DNA of 64,000 nt from a virus, in the IMG/VR virus record IMGVR_UViG_3300050343_000214, positions 1 through 64,000 of that record. One strand, given 5' to 3'. Below, one piece after another: positions 10,901 to 23,193 of the stretch. The notes under the pieces were generated by a model, which saw only the letters and a program-made list of their open reading frames with translations, searched no databases and had not been told where the DNA came from. The translations under genes and the position numbers were made by a program. Within the stretch, counting starts at the first letter, position 1. Every line of letters begins with the position of its first letter.

Positions 10901-11223
10901 CTATAGGAAACTCTAAGATGTCAAATACAACAACTACAGCTCCTCCTTCATCGTTTACAAATTCACTTACAGCAGCTGCAAACGGACAAGCTACTGATAC
11001 GACAAATGGCGTAACCTTCTTAGCCCCTGAAGGTGCTAAGTTAGACTACAATATTCCTTCTACAGTAGAAGATCTTGCTCTAAATACTAACGTCTTCATT
11101 GAAGGCAGCTACGTGTTTACCTTTACAGCCACCGCTGCTTTTGCGGGACAAGTTATTAGGTACACGCCAGTTTCTGGATCTCCTGTAATAGTTACTCTCG
11201 CAAACGGAAGGGTTGATGCATGA
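7954..11223 (+). CDS. Modular fibre/adhesin A: anchor, cupredoxin-like domain, Thr-rich linker, RCC1 propeller, C-terminal module
   Basis: N-terminal ADRVKET..GTG...EVG.G phage fibre anchor. About 7 RCC1 repeats (WG.N..GQLG...AG..H..AI). Poly-Thr tracts. Confidence 0.75.
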   Translation: MSDNLIIIADRVKETSLTVGTGDLALGGVVGGFSAFSDVYASGDALFYAVTDGTNYEVGSGIFHYDQPTSLNSLQRFPTRSSLANNGLVDFPQSTKEVYVTYPATHSVYIGSGVADLNFPQASGLAFWSSSNILNYDNDIVWDSDNHRLGILSPNPSYGIEVGGNGFESSVQASGFYVGSSGVVFPAQNNGDATYAGGNQLLHFEKNQTNSETGSDLVIELSGVVDQVILLKQQNKGTVFAGPASGCPGDCDPNYPEFRYLTLEDIPDLSSVYSSFSDLQAASGAVNTDSIARSGNLQSQIDDNLTSVNSDVSTVSGALTADVNAVKNTFDVVKSGGEYEFSNVGTSTDLNPNIFLQKGLTYYFNIDSAGTPFYVKTAPVVNTDDVFDDGVTGNGITSGTLTFVVPQDAPDILYYTASNISTASGIIYTADINLTSENLYDNLTSSDSQASDKIAIWDSSASEYKNISLESLLFAPSGNSYIKRETIASSSAVGDLGEITFDDTYAYFKTSTEWKRIKMLPFQTTTTTTTTSTTTTTTYPPSCTTLAPDCGNQTWRTITGVDVNGCPEYSSCATTTTTTAAPTTTTTTTTTTLSPSDYSNFIYTWGYNGNNQLGYRTSELFSLSPTKLDIGNVSELSAGDFHVLAIDIYGDLYSWGWNINGQVGDGTKVDAPVPVEIGSGKDWSSVAAGDHHSAAIDSTGALYTWGANNLGQLGNGNRATVLTPTRIAANVTWSKVFCGTAHTLAISSIGELYAWGSNEYGQVGNGTFTDVLTPTKVGVENNWTTVSAYMHTLALNSEGQCFAWGRNDAGQLGLHRLEGTSPLFENQNSPQQISKRDTGGNVILNAGTVDNWKAVAAGYQHSLAINNAGELYVCGNNEFRQIGRAGITQTIVPGVGTNPATTTITQEPVHTFTRLGLERNWNKVAAGNFHSIIISAAGDMYAMGRNNYGQLGDGTTDNKDVLTLISTDFDWDFPQAGYDFTTAIGNSKMSNTTTTAPPSSFTNSLTAAANGQATDTTNGVTFLAPEGAKLDYNIPSTVEDLALNTNVFIEGSYVFTFTATAAFAGQVIRYTPVSGSPVIVTLANGRVDA

Positions 11224-14200
11224 GTATTGCTATAACCGCTCGCCTACAGCTGGTTCAACACTTCGATACTACTTCTAGTATCACTATAGCCGATCTTTCT
11301 GCTGGCGTTCTTGACAATATCAAGCTGATTTACAGGTTGAGTGACACTGGTGGCTACCAAGCTTGGACTAAAGATGGTGGTAAGGCTTTTCCTGCATTAG
11401 AGTATGGAAAGGGGTATTTGTTTGTATCTGAAGATGATGCAACCTTTCCTTACACCGTAAATTCTGATACTGAAAATTTTCCAGCAGAAATTTCAATTTC
11501 AACATCTCCAGCAATTGTTCGATATGTTGGTGATAGCTTGGACTTAAGTGATACAGCAAATATTGCTAACTTTAGCCAGATCTACAAAATATCTAATGGT
11601 CAGTATTCCGCATGGAGTAAAGTTGGAGGTAAAGCCTTTACTACTTTAGACGACGGCGAAACCTATCTTGTAATTAGCGAAGACAGCGCTACTTTTCCAT
11701 ATACATTCTCCACGATTACCGCAGCAAATAATCTACATTTCCTACAAAACAGACATGTTAGAAAAGTAAATTCTAAAACTGGGACTTTAAAAGACTCTGT
11801 TTTTATTTCCACTAATACTTACTCAGCTATTCATGTGGATTCAGTTACTGGTATAATTTATGTGGGTGACAGTGGAGATTTAGTAGTTATTAAACGCGAT
11901 TCTTCTAAGGTTACTAGGAGAGTAAATTTAGCTCAATACGGTCTTTACAACCCAACTACAATCTTCACACAGGCTGGCAAGATATATGTTGGATCTATTC
12001 AGTCTAGTATTATTTGCGAATTAGATGAGACCACATACGACGTAGTGGCTTACGATGTTAACGACAGAGTGGGCGAACAGTTAGATTCCATAAGTGGCGT
12101 ATCTAGTTTTGTTCTCGCTGGAGACCAAATATATGTTTGTCCAGCTAGCAAGACTTACTCTGTGTTACTGGAGAACATTAAGACAATAGTTCCTGATGAC
12201 ACTCTTCCAAATTTCACTTCTGAAAATTCTACTGATGAAAATTTATATTTGTCTTTTTCTGATAATCTGAAATACACAGCAATTGTAGAGCCTTCTCCAC
12301 CACAAGATCCTCCGTCTGTGATACTTTCAGTATATGAAATCTCCTCTGGATCTCTAGTGAGGGTTGGAGACCCCAAGGTTATGAATAATAGAATGGGCAT
12401 AGAATTTGGTTCGATTGTAAAAATTTCTAATGATGGAACTACTGTATTAGTTGCGGCCCCTAAGCTTAATACTTCCAGCGTTAGCAATGGAGCTATCTTT
12501 GTTTATAATTATGTCGGAGGTGTTTGGTCTGAAACTGAAAACTTGCCCAGCGTTATAAATTACGAATTATTTCCTCGAAATATATCGCTATCTACTGATG
12601 GCTCATGGGTAGCGGCATCATCTTCTTTGCATAGTGTTAACAACTCAGTTGAAGAAAATCACGGAATAGTAAGAATTTATAAAAACACTTCCACAACTAG
12701 CGCTAGAACATACTCCTTGTCTAACACCATAGTGGGTTTAGATACAGATAGCAAACTAGGTGAAGAGATTTCTTTAAGCGGGTCTGGATCTGTATTGGCT
12801 GTTTCTAACGAATCCCGATCTTCAATAAATATTTATAAACTCAATAATAGCAATCCCTCGTCCCCTGTTTGGACTCTTCATTATACTATATCTCCACCAA
12901 GTGGTTATTCAGTCAATAATTTTGATTTAAATTATAATGGAAACTCTATAGCTGCTAGCTACTCTGGAGATTACGGTCCAATATACGTGTATGAAGACGA
13001 TGGCAGTTCTTGGGTTATAAATAAATCTGTTATATCTTCATCTTCTGCGCAATATAGAGCAGGAGGGCCAATATCTATAAAAGACGATGGTAATAAAGTA
13101 TGTACTATCTCACAAGTTAACGGTAAAAAGTATACAACTACCTATACTTATGATTCTTTAAATAACACTTGGGAACCCGTCTATAGCGATGAGTATCCAT
13201 CAAACCATGTTTTTCACACCATCTTTACAAATCCAGAAATAGATTCTTTTGCCCACGCCTACAAGGGTAGGATTACTTTTGTTTCATCGCCAAACTCCTC
13301 TCTTTTTAGTTCAATTTCTGTGGCAGGATTTCTGGTAAATAATTTTGGTACACAACGCATTATTGAACCTAAAACGTATGTAGAATGGAAAAAGGAACAG
13401 TAGCATGAGTTACAAGCAGACTATTAGAATACCACTCGAAAATAGGCCAATAGATTCATTTTACGATGAAGACTCTAATCTTGTATATACATTATCTTCT
13501 GACGGGCTAGTTAGTATTATTAATGTTTCTGAACACAAGGTTGTCAAGACAATAATCACTAGAGAAAATCCAGTTACTATGAACTATGATAAAATTAATA
13601 ATAATATATTAGTAGCTCATGCTTCTACATCGTCTACTGGTCTAGGGTTTTTAAGCGTTTTTAATGCTGATACGCAAAAAAGAAGGAGAGACATCTCTTT
13701 AGGATTAAACTGCGTTCCTTCTCAAATTTTAATTGATTATGATTCTCAACTATTACACATTATCTCCACTAATATTACTAATACGGCTAATCAAGATTTT
13801 CAATTCGTTAGGTCTTTTGACCTTTCTGATAATTATGCAGAAGTTCGTACAATTATAATGAAAGACTTTGGTGGTAGTAGGTACTCTAAATATGCTGACA
13901 TACTAAGATCATCCACAGTGGTAACAACGACAACCACCATGCACCCTTTAGCTTCTCAAGATTTGTATGTGGTGCATTCACAAAACTCTAGTATAGATAA
14001 GATGGATACTATCAACGGCACGTTTAGTCAAATTAAATCTTTAGAATCAGGCGCATTTCCACAAAAGATAGCTTTAAACACTTCTTCTAATTTAGCGTTC
14101 ATTACCAATTACAATAAGCCCTATATATCGGTATTAGATATTGCCAATCCTAGCAATTCTATAGCAAATGTACCAGCTGAAAAAGGCGTTTGTGGCATTA

Positions 14201-15216
14201 AGGTTGACTCGTCTAATAATCTTTTATACTATATAAACAACCTTTCTGATGAATTCGTTTGTTATAATTATGCTAACTCAACATTTGTTTCTACTGTAAG
14301 GCTAAAACATTTGCCCACAGATTTAGCCATAGATTTTGTGACGAACAAAGCCTATGTATTAAACAATATACAGCGTAATATGTATGAGATCAATCTTTCA
14401 GACTTCACATACGAAACTTATAATTTTAATTTTGCTCCATTTGCTATGTTTTTAGACTCTAAATCGCAAAATATTTACATATCCGACTTTGATAATGGCG
14501 GTGTATATACTTTTGACAGATTCTCTAAGCAGTATAAAATAATAGATTTTCCTTTTGGCAAGATATTAAATTTATCATATGATTCTAACGCCAATATGTT
14601 ATATTGTATATCAGAATTTGGAAACATCTTTGGCTATCACACGGGGACTAACAAGATAATTGTAAAGTTTATTAATACTGATAATATAATTGATGGGGCC
14701 AACACGGCTAGTGGCCCAACATCTTTAGTTGTAGACAGCGTGGCTAAGTTACTTTATGCGTCAAATTCTTTGGGTAATACGATATCAATATACAATTTGA
14801 AGGACCACACATTTATGAAAAATATTTCTTCAAGCCAGTTTCCAGATGGTTTGCTTTTACATAATAGTCCTACAACGACTACCACGATAGCTCCCACTAC
14901 GGCTACATTAACCATTGGAAGTTCTTCTAATTTTATAGCTGATAACTATGTGGTATTTTATGGTAACGCTGGAGATGAAATAGAATATGAAGAGATTGCC
15001 ACCGTCTCTGATACTAATAGTATGTCTGAAATTATTATCTCAAGGGGAGGCTCTGCATTAAGTAGAGTTACTTTACCAACAGAATATGTAACTGGCGATA
15101 AGCCCTTTAATATTACAATTGCGTCTGGAGCAGACGCTGGAACTTATAACAATCTTAAATTTGGTGATGGGTCGCTGTCCTCTGGGGGCAATTACAGGAG
15201 TATAACTTTATCATGA
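11220..15216 (+). CDS. Modular adhesin B (~1330 aa; ORFs 11220..13403 and 13405..15216 joined): 2 N-modules, YVTN-type propeller with nested FG-GAP-like propeller, second YVTN propeller, C-module
   Basis: Removing one A from the A5 run at 13389-13393 gives VEWKRNSSMSYKQTIRI, matching the earlier blade VVIKRDSSKVTRRVNL, and completes a 4+3 blade propeller. Confidence 0.65.
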
Positions 15217-17639
15217 TTACCCAATATACACAAATATCATTTTACATAGGTCAAAGCACCACACCAATATCTGGACTTAGCAACGTGTCTAATGTTGACA
15301 AGATTTATGACATTGATTCCAACGGGAATTATATAGGCTATTTAGATGACTTTTCAAGCCTGTCTTTCCTTCAGGGGCTAACTGATCTGCAACCTAATAC
15401 TGGATACATCATACACTCAAAGTCTTCAGCCACTCTTCCTTATCAGTTATTTCCAGACGAGACAGAAATTACTACAGACACAGAACTCGCAACTGTTTCT
15501 GGAGTTCTACAGGGCGGCATTGATAATGTAAATTTATTTTCTAACGCTGTTTTTCAAACGTTAATGTCTGCTTCTGGCATTTTAGACGGAGAGATTACGG
15601 TAGTTTCTGGAGACATGAGTTTTGTTTCCGGGGAGTTGATTACTGCGTCTGGCGCTCTTCGAGATTCTATAGACACTCTTGACACTTCAGTAACTGATCT
15701 GGATACTAAATACTTAAATGCGTCTGGTTATCTACAATCTCAGGTAACAAGTAATTCTGGAAACATTGATATCGTATCTGGAATTATGAATACTGATATA
15801 GCTGCGCTCAATGTTGATGTAACAAATTTAGAGAACGATCTTGACTCAGTTTCTGGAGAAATGATTAACAGGGTAGCGGCTTCTGGTCAAGCGGCTCTGG
15901 ATCATTCCGCAACTGTTTCTGGATTATTAGTTGCTTCCTCTGGCAACTTAAGCAATAGAATTTCTGACAATACATCTAATATTGCTTTTGTGTCTGGAGA
16001 AATTATTACTGCTTCTGGCGCTCTCAAAGATCAAATAGATAATATAACTGTAGATTTAGCACCAACAGAAGGCCGCATAGACTTTGTTTCTGGTGAGTTG
16101 ATTACAGCATCTGGAGCCTTGAGAGCAGATATCACCACTGCTGAGTCTGACATAGATTTTGTTTCAGGTGAACTTATCACAGCTTCTGGAGCCTTGAGGG
16201 CAGATGTAGATTTAAAAGCTACGGAGTTAAATTCCGTTGCTAGGTCTGGCAATCTGCAATCTCAGATTACCACTGCTTCTGGTGCTTTACAGGCTGACAT
16301 CGCTACTGCTTCTGGCGCACTGAATGCAGATATGATTGCGAGTGGGACTAGCCTACAATCTCAAATCACCGTTATTGAAAATGACACAGCGATTTTGTCA
16401 ATTTTGCAGGACATAGATGATATTATTGGCGGCACTAATGCTACTGATCTAAATGCTTTTCTGACATCTGTTAACAGCGCTAGCGCATTTGTTTCTGGAG
16501 AAATCATCACGGCCTCTGGAGCTTTGCGAACTGACGTAGACTTGAAAGCTACCGAGGTAGACTCTGTTGCTAGGTCGGGGAACCTACAAGGTCAAATCAC
16601 CACTGCTTCTGGTGCTTTGCAAGCAGACATTGATGCCCTATCCAGCTTAGACCTCGAAGAACTAGGAAACTTGGCTGGTATATTGGGAAGCAGTGCTGAC
16701 TTGGCAGCTTTAATATCTGGTATGGAATCAGACATAGCGACTAACGTATCAGATATAGATTTTGTTTCTGGCGAACTGATTACCGCTTCCGGTGCATTGA
16801 GGTCAGACATTAACGATGTTGATACAGATTTAACATCGCTTTCTGGTCAAATGCTTTCCCTAACTGACGCAGCGGCGCAAAGCTTAAATTTTAATGTTAC
16901 AGTATTTGATGATAACGGTGTTAATAAATATAGGTTTAATGGATGTGGCACAACAGATAGTAATAACCCTGATCTATATCTACATAAAGGTCTCACTTAC
17001 TACCTTAACATAGATGCAGCTACCCATCCGTTTTGGATCAAAACAGAATCTGGTGCAAGTACAAATAACGCTCAAGCAGGGGTTATTAATAATGGCACAG
17101 GAAACGGCACTATAATATTTACTGTACCGCAGGATGCGCCGAGTGTTTTATATTACAATTGTCAGTATCATGAACTTATGGCTGGAAAGATTTACACAGC
17201 TGTCGATAGTGTTCCATCTGTTAACGGCGGGTTAGCAGACACATACTCACCTTTTGGGACTACAACCGTGCCTCCTATTGCTACTACTACTGCTGCTCCA
17301 ACCTTTGATAACGAAGTTACTACAGCTGGTGCTGGGGTTGTGATGGATAATATTTTTGCTACACAGCCAATATCATTTAACACTATTGGTGCAGGATACA
17401 TATTAAGATGGAATTCTCACAATTTATCAAGTATACCAGAAATCTGGGCTACATCTGCTAGAAGGCAAAACATTTACAAAAACGGTACAATTATTGCCTC
17501 TATAGACTTTTATGAACTGGCCTTTTTAAACCAATCTGATAATCCATCATATGAATTTGAACTGCCCGATGGAACCGTTTATTCTGTTAATTGGGGCGCT
17601 GGAACTCAAAATGGTAATGATTACGACGTTAATCTTTAA
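15213..17639 (+). CDS. Fibre C: N-module, SG-rich coiled-coil shaft, cupredoxin-like domain, C-module
   Basis: ATGA overlap start. Six FVSGE[LI]ITASGAL repeats. THPF...YYNCQYHELM motif. Confidence 0.75.
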   Translation: MITQYTQISFYIGQSTTPISGLSNVSNVDKIYDIDSNGNYIGYLDDFSSLSFLQGLTDLQPNTGYIIHSKSSATLPYQLFPDETEITTDTELATVSGVLQGGIDNVNLFSNAVFQTLMSASGILDGEITVVSGDMSFVSGELITASGALRDSIDTLDTSVTDLDTKYLNASGYLQSQVTSNSGNIDIVSGIMNTDIAALNVDVTNLENDLDSVSGEMINRVAASGQAALDHSATVSGLLVASSGNLSNRISDNTSNIAFVSGEIITASGALKDQIDNITVDLAPTEGRIDFVSGELITASGALRADITTAESDIDFVSGELITASGALRADVDLKATELNSVARSGNLQSQITTASGALQADIATASGALNADMIASGTSLQSQITVIENDTAILSILQDIDDIIGGTNATDLNAFLTSVNSASAFVSGEIITASGALRTDVDLKATEVDSVARSGNLQGQITTASGALQADIDALSSLDLEELGNLAGILGSSADLAALISGMESDIATNVSDIDFVSGELITASGALRSDINDVDTDLTSLSGQMLSLTDAAAQSLNFNVTVFDDNGVNKYRFNGCGTTDSNNPDLYLHKGLTYYLNIDAATHPFWIKTESGASTNNAQAGVINNGTGNGTIIFTVPQDAPSVLYYNCQYHELMAGKIYTAVDSVPSVNGGLADTYSPFGTTTVPPIATTTAAPTFDNEVTTAGAGVVMDNIFATQPISFNTIGAGYILRWNSHNLSSIPEIWATSARRQNIYKNGTIIASIDFYELAFLNQSDNPSYEFELPDGTVYSVNWGAGTQNGNDYDVNL
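15616..16810 (+). repeat. Degenerate coding repeats FVSGE[LI]ITASGAL (x6) and VARSGNLQxQITTASGALQAD (x2)
   Basis: Visible in protein and DNA, for example tttgtttctggtgagttgattacagcatctggagccttgag and its variants. Confidence 0.85.
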
Positions 17640-17659
17640 AATAACAAAGGAACCATGCT

Positions 17660-20600
17660 GTGCAAATTACTCAAAGATCTCAATTAATTACTTATAATGA
17701 ATCTTCAGATAGTCTTATTAATAGTCTAGCTGGGTATGCCAATGTAGATAAGATCATAACCTTTTTATCGAATGGTCAATCATCTATTTGGAGAAGCGGC
17801 GCTGGTTTGAACGGTTTTTATAGTTTAGTGTCAGCTGAAGGATATTTGATTATATCTAAGTCTTCAGTAACTCTTCCTTATGAGCTTTATCCGTCTGATG
17901 ACGATATTCCAGATAGCGTGATAATTGATCAAAAGTTTCAAATTGCTACATATTGCGGCCCCGACTTTGATCTTGTTAACAATCAGTTTACCACCGCCCC
18001 ACCAACAACAACACCCGCTCCAACAACAGCCCCACCAACAACAACCGCTGCTCCTTCGTCGTGGAGTCAGGTTGGAAGCACTATAAGCAGAGCCAATACT
18101 AGCTTTGCTGTTAGTGTAGACATGACTGAAAGTTATGGCAATAGACGTATTATAGTTGGTGAACGTTATTACAGCGCTTCAGCTGGGGGCGATAACGGTC
18201 GGGTACGAATATATAAAATTAATAGCGACTCAGTAGATGAGCTTAAAACTTTTGATGGCGGTCAAAGTCAGTTTATAGGAGAGAATGTTGCTATATCTGA
18301 AGATGGGTCGAGTGCAGTTTGGGCTATGGGTGGTAATGAATCTTTTAGAAACCTGACAATTGTAGAAAATTTATTTAATAGCAGCGAAAGCACAACTATT
18401 GTTAACAATGTAGTTGACCAATCCAGTACTAACATCATGCTAGACAACGGCATCAATTTGCCCGGAAAAAGATTGTCATACAGAAATGGTAGAGTTATAT
18501 TTGGCGATCCACGAGATAACTCAACCCGAGGCAGTGTCAAGTTATTATCAAAGTCTCAAGGTCAGTGGGGATCGACAAGTGTTGATCCACCTAATGCTGA
18601 TGCTTCAGCTAATAGAAGTCCTTCTGATGTGTTTGGCGCTAACGTCTCTCAAATGACGGGTGGGTTTATTGTATCAGCTCCCAACGCTGACTTCTTAACC
18701 AACTCAACTAACTTTGAAGGCTTTGATGCTGGCGCTGCATACGCCTACGACTACAATCTAAGTACTGTTAGAATTATTGATGACGACAATGAATTAAATG
18801 ATAATTTTGGTAAAATCAATGATTCCAAGGGAGAGTTTGCGGTACTCGGTGGAAACACAGAGATAAGATGCTATAGAGATCTTAGGGGTGCTGCGGCATC
18901 TTCACAGCTGCAAACATATCATCGCGTTAGAGAAATAATAACACTAAATAGCATAAGAAGTCTAGATTCTGATATTTTGGGCAGCGACTCTATTTCATTT
19001 GCAGATGCTTGCATAAGCTCTACTGGGGAAACGTTGGGGGTCTTGGTTTTCAATTCTTCTCAGCGAAGACTTACTGGGTACATATATAAAGCATCTGGTG
19101 GTAGTAGAAACCCTTATGATAATAGCGCCACATGGACTTTTGATAGAAAAATTTATGATCAAGATCAAATTGAGTATAATGAACCTGCTTTTAATATCAA
19201 GTGTGATGGTAGCGGTGCGTATGTAGTCATCTCCGCTGGCGAAGCTGCGATCAGCTCTCCAGATGATAAAACTGGATACCTTTATGTTTATAGAGATAGT
19301 TCTTTCGAGCCTGAAATTAGAATTAGGCGAAAAGCTAGCGATGGATCTACTAGCACATCGTATTACGAAAGTGCGAACTCTCACATTTACGCCAAAGTTT
19401 CAAAAGTAACTAACGACACAACACTTACTTTTGCAGGTGCTATAGCAACTACTGGTGGAGCCGTTACGTACCAGTGGCAGAAGAGAAATACGTCAGGCTC
19501 TTGGTATAACATTGATGGTGCTAATGGTGCAACACTAACGCCAGACTCTTCGTATAGTAACAATAACTCTCTTTACAGAGTACAGCTGACTGCCAACAAT
19601 TGTGAGCCTACTTTTAGTGATATAATTAGGCTGGAACTAAATCCTCTCTACTTGGTTGGCACAAGTATTACGGATTCTCTTTCTTCTGCTAATATACTCA
19701 CCGGGGCTGTTCAGCTAAGTTTAACTGGGGCTGACGGGACTAGAGCTTTGAAGAGAACTACGAACCGCAATCTTGTTCATGCTAACACTAATGCTACTTC
19801 CAATAATGCTTCGTCTCCTCATAGAATTTTAACACAAGCTATGTCTTTGGAGATAGATGAAACCATTTTGCATGAAGATTATAAAAATATCGTCACCAAG
19901 CCATACCTTAGCGTTCCGTTGGTTGATAACATAGATGCCTCCGTAGAGTGTCCTCGACGAGTTACGAATGGTTCTCAGTTGGTAGATAGCCTTGAGTATA
20001 ACTATGCTTTATCTGTCAAGGTTGATAATTCTAGTATGGGCGATGAACATTTCTTAGTTCAAAGTCAAATTTCTCCACCAAGATTACCTTTTTTCCAACT
20101 AGTAGCAGGAGCGGATACTGGAGGCGAAGGTTTTTCTAAATCAGCTACTGAGCGGTCTAATTCAGAGTTCTATGTTCTTACTAAGCCTTCTCACAATAAT
20201 AATGCAGGTAAAGTTGCTATCAGTCAGATGTTGGCATTGCAACAGCACCGTTTACATGGCACTGTAGGAAATATTCCCGCAGCTGTAGCCGCCTGTAATG
20301 TAAATACTGCTACTGTTTACTTACCCGGTGGTGAACCATATATTGGAACATATAATGGTGTACAAAATCAAGGCAATGCAACTACCGTTAATAAACAGAT
20401 AAAAGTAAATAACTCTACTCAACCTTTTAATAGTTACGGCGCATTTCCAATTACGTCTGAAGACGCGCTAGGCTATACTGTAAGCTTTAACTTGACAAGT
20501 GAAAATGCAGACTTCTCCAGTGACCTTACAGCTGCATATGAAAATTTACATTCTAATAATGCTTTCAGACAAGTTCATACTTTAGTTTCTAATAATAGTC

Positions 20601-23193
20601 AAGACGTTTTTGGTAAAAGTGTTGCATTCTGTAACATGGGTAAGGTATTAGCTATTGGAGCGCCAAGGGTAGACGCAACTGCAAGTGTAATTAAGAATAC
20701 ATATATATTTGAATCAGATTATAACTCTTATGGTGACATTAATTTCCATGCTTCAACAAAGATGCAATCAGATGATCCTCATTTTGGAAAATATGTTTCT
20801 TGTTTGACTGTTGGTTCTAGAAGCTACGTCGCTGTAGCTGGAAACTCAGAGCTACGAATTGCTATTAAAGACTATTCTCTGTTTGGTAACAATGCTTGGA
20901 ACACTGTTGTCTCTGACCTAAACGGCTATGGCTCACACAGGCATTGATCTCACTCTTGCTGGAGAGTTTGATAGCTTGTTTGGAACTTCATCTGGCGATG
21001 CTAATAATGAAAATTTAAAAGTTTATTTGTACGGGACAGACAAGCAGGGGGCGTACCAGATGTTTTGATATCACTAGCTTTAAGAGCGCTGGAAGTTCAA
21101 GCCTAGCCTCCGAAAACGTGGTTGGAGATGTAATTCCTGCAAAGCCTTATGGCGCTGGCGCTGGAAGTACAGTAAAAGCATCTACCTACTATGATCACAT
21201 AAACAATAAATTTGTAAATAGAATTATACGAACCGCAGTGTCTAATACCACTTCTGTTTACTTTGAAGATTCTAACAATCCTTCTTTGGGAGCAAAGAAT
21301 GGTCTAGTTTCTGTGTACGATTTTGATAGCGTTCAAAACAAGTGGGTCCAATATCTGCCAGACATCTCTGACTCTAGCCTTACTGCTGACAAGCAGTTTG
21401 GTACAAATAATGGTAGAAATCTTGGCAGATCCGTCGCGCATCATTATCATACATCTAGAGTGTCCGATCAAACCACAGATGATTTTGTTCGCTACAGTAT
21501 TCTCGCTACTTCCTTAAATTCAGATACATCTGGAATAAGCGCTATGCGTAGAGTCACAGACAAATTAGTTACTACGACCCCAGCGCCCACCACGACTCCA
21601 GCGCCGACTACTATCCCGCCAGAACCTTCTGCGGACATACCTAGATATACTAATACGGCTGGTATGGTCCCTGTAAACTATGCTTCTGACAACATTGGCC
21701 CTCCTGTTTACGATAATAATATTTCTTCTTCAGAAACTCCTAACGATTTAATGCACTTGCCATTATCTTCTATTGTTACATCTGAGGATGGTTACACATC
21801 TGTCATGTGGGACGATAGGTCTAACTATGTAAATATTGATGACAGGAGGACGTATATACTCACTGGATTTCCGAACATTACAGAATATGAGCCAGCTAAT
21901 ATCCAATCTTCTATAGATCCTATTTCTGATGAGTATGAAGTACATACTGAACTGACGGTTGATAGTAACCATAAGAGGAGGGTAGTTGATTGCGCTGTTT
22001 CTGATGGCGGTGAACACATTGCAGTCACTATAGCTCAAACTCCTGCTGGTAAGTCTGCTGGCTTGGAAAAATCTTATGTTTTACTTTATCAAAGAAATCA
22101 AGAAAAACTTGGGGATGGAGCTGATACAGCTCAATTATTAAACAAATTTGTTTATTCTTTACTTAAAACTGCCACACAGTCTATAAACAATTCTTTAGAC
22201 ACAAGTGGGCAAAATCAATCTAATTACATAGATGGTGTAGATTTTAGTGAATACTCATTAGGATACAAAGATGCTCCTACTCCCGGTGAAACAAACCTTA
22301 ACTATCAGAACCGAAGACACAACAGACATAAAGTGATTTGTGTGCTTGTATCTAAACCTTTAAATGATTCTTCTGGGAATTCCTCTACAGCTATGTCTGC
22401 TTACTTGTTTGGCCTTAAGCTTGCTAATCAAGCTTTGACATATCGTGTTCCGGCGGGCTTGGTGGATGGTAAGGATGACGCACAGCAGCTTTATAAGGTT
22501 GACATTCCATATAATAGACTCATGGATGAATCTCTGTTTATAAATGGATCAAGTAGAAACGATTTCATTAGAACTGCTCGCCAACAATCTATGCATATAC
22601 CTAGAATTGTAGATAGGTATTTTGTTAAGAATGATGATGGTGATAGATATGCTCCAGATGATCGAATGTCTGCTGTGGCAGCGCCAACTGGTTACGATGC
22701 TATGGATACGGTCTCAAATGTCATTGGTGATTATACTCATCAAAAATACGACATATATATTTACAGGCTTAATAGGTCTCAACCCGGAACTAACGTTTTT
22801 AATACTCATCACTACGATGTGTTGTCTTGTATAGTTTCTATGAATCAATATGACACAAAGATTCGTACTTATAATACTAATTCTGATACTAGCTTTAAAT
22901 TTAATGGCTCTTCAGTGAATTTTCGTATAAGTCAGACAAATCAGACTGATCAAAACGAAAGCCACCAGTGGAGAACAGGAAAGGTCTCAAGAACTGGCTT
23001 CCTTCCTATTAGCGCAATAGATCAAGAGTATACTGGTAGAAGTGGTCTAACTAGATCAGACTTTGGTGGAGAATCAGACCCTTCAACACCAACTGTTCCT
23101 AATAACAATACTACTGATGCTCCTACTGCAACTACCACCACTGCATACGTAGCGCCGGACAACAACAACAATAATAATGGAGGAGGATATTAA
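17660..23193 (+). CDS. Modular adhesin D (~1840 aa; ORFs 17660..20947 and 21118..23193 joined): N-module plus orphan half-module, FG-GAP-like propellers, Ig-like domain
   Basis: GTG start with SD AAAGGA. Two extra bases (~20920 CTAAACG, ~21065 ATGTTTTGAT) restore ...DLTAMAHTGIDLTLAGEF...YQMFDITSFKSAG... Ig motif VTYQWQK...LYRV. Confidence 0.65.

Noticed and set aside
13381-13410. Apparent YVTN propeller split between genes 11220 and 13405
   Set aside because: Deleting one A from the A5 run yields VEWKRNSSMSYKQTI, matching an earlier blade, so a homopolymer error is the simpler explanation.
15616-16810. CRISPR array or DGR template/variable repeat
   Set aside because: The repeats are in-frame coding units differing mostly at synonymous positions. 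There are no spacers, no adenine-specific pattern and no reverse transcriptase in the window.
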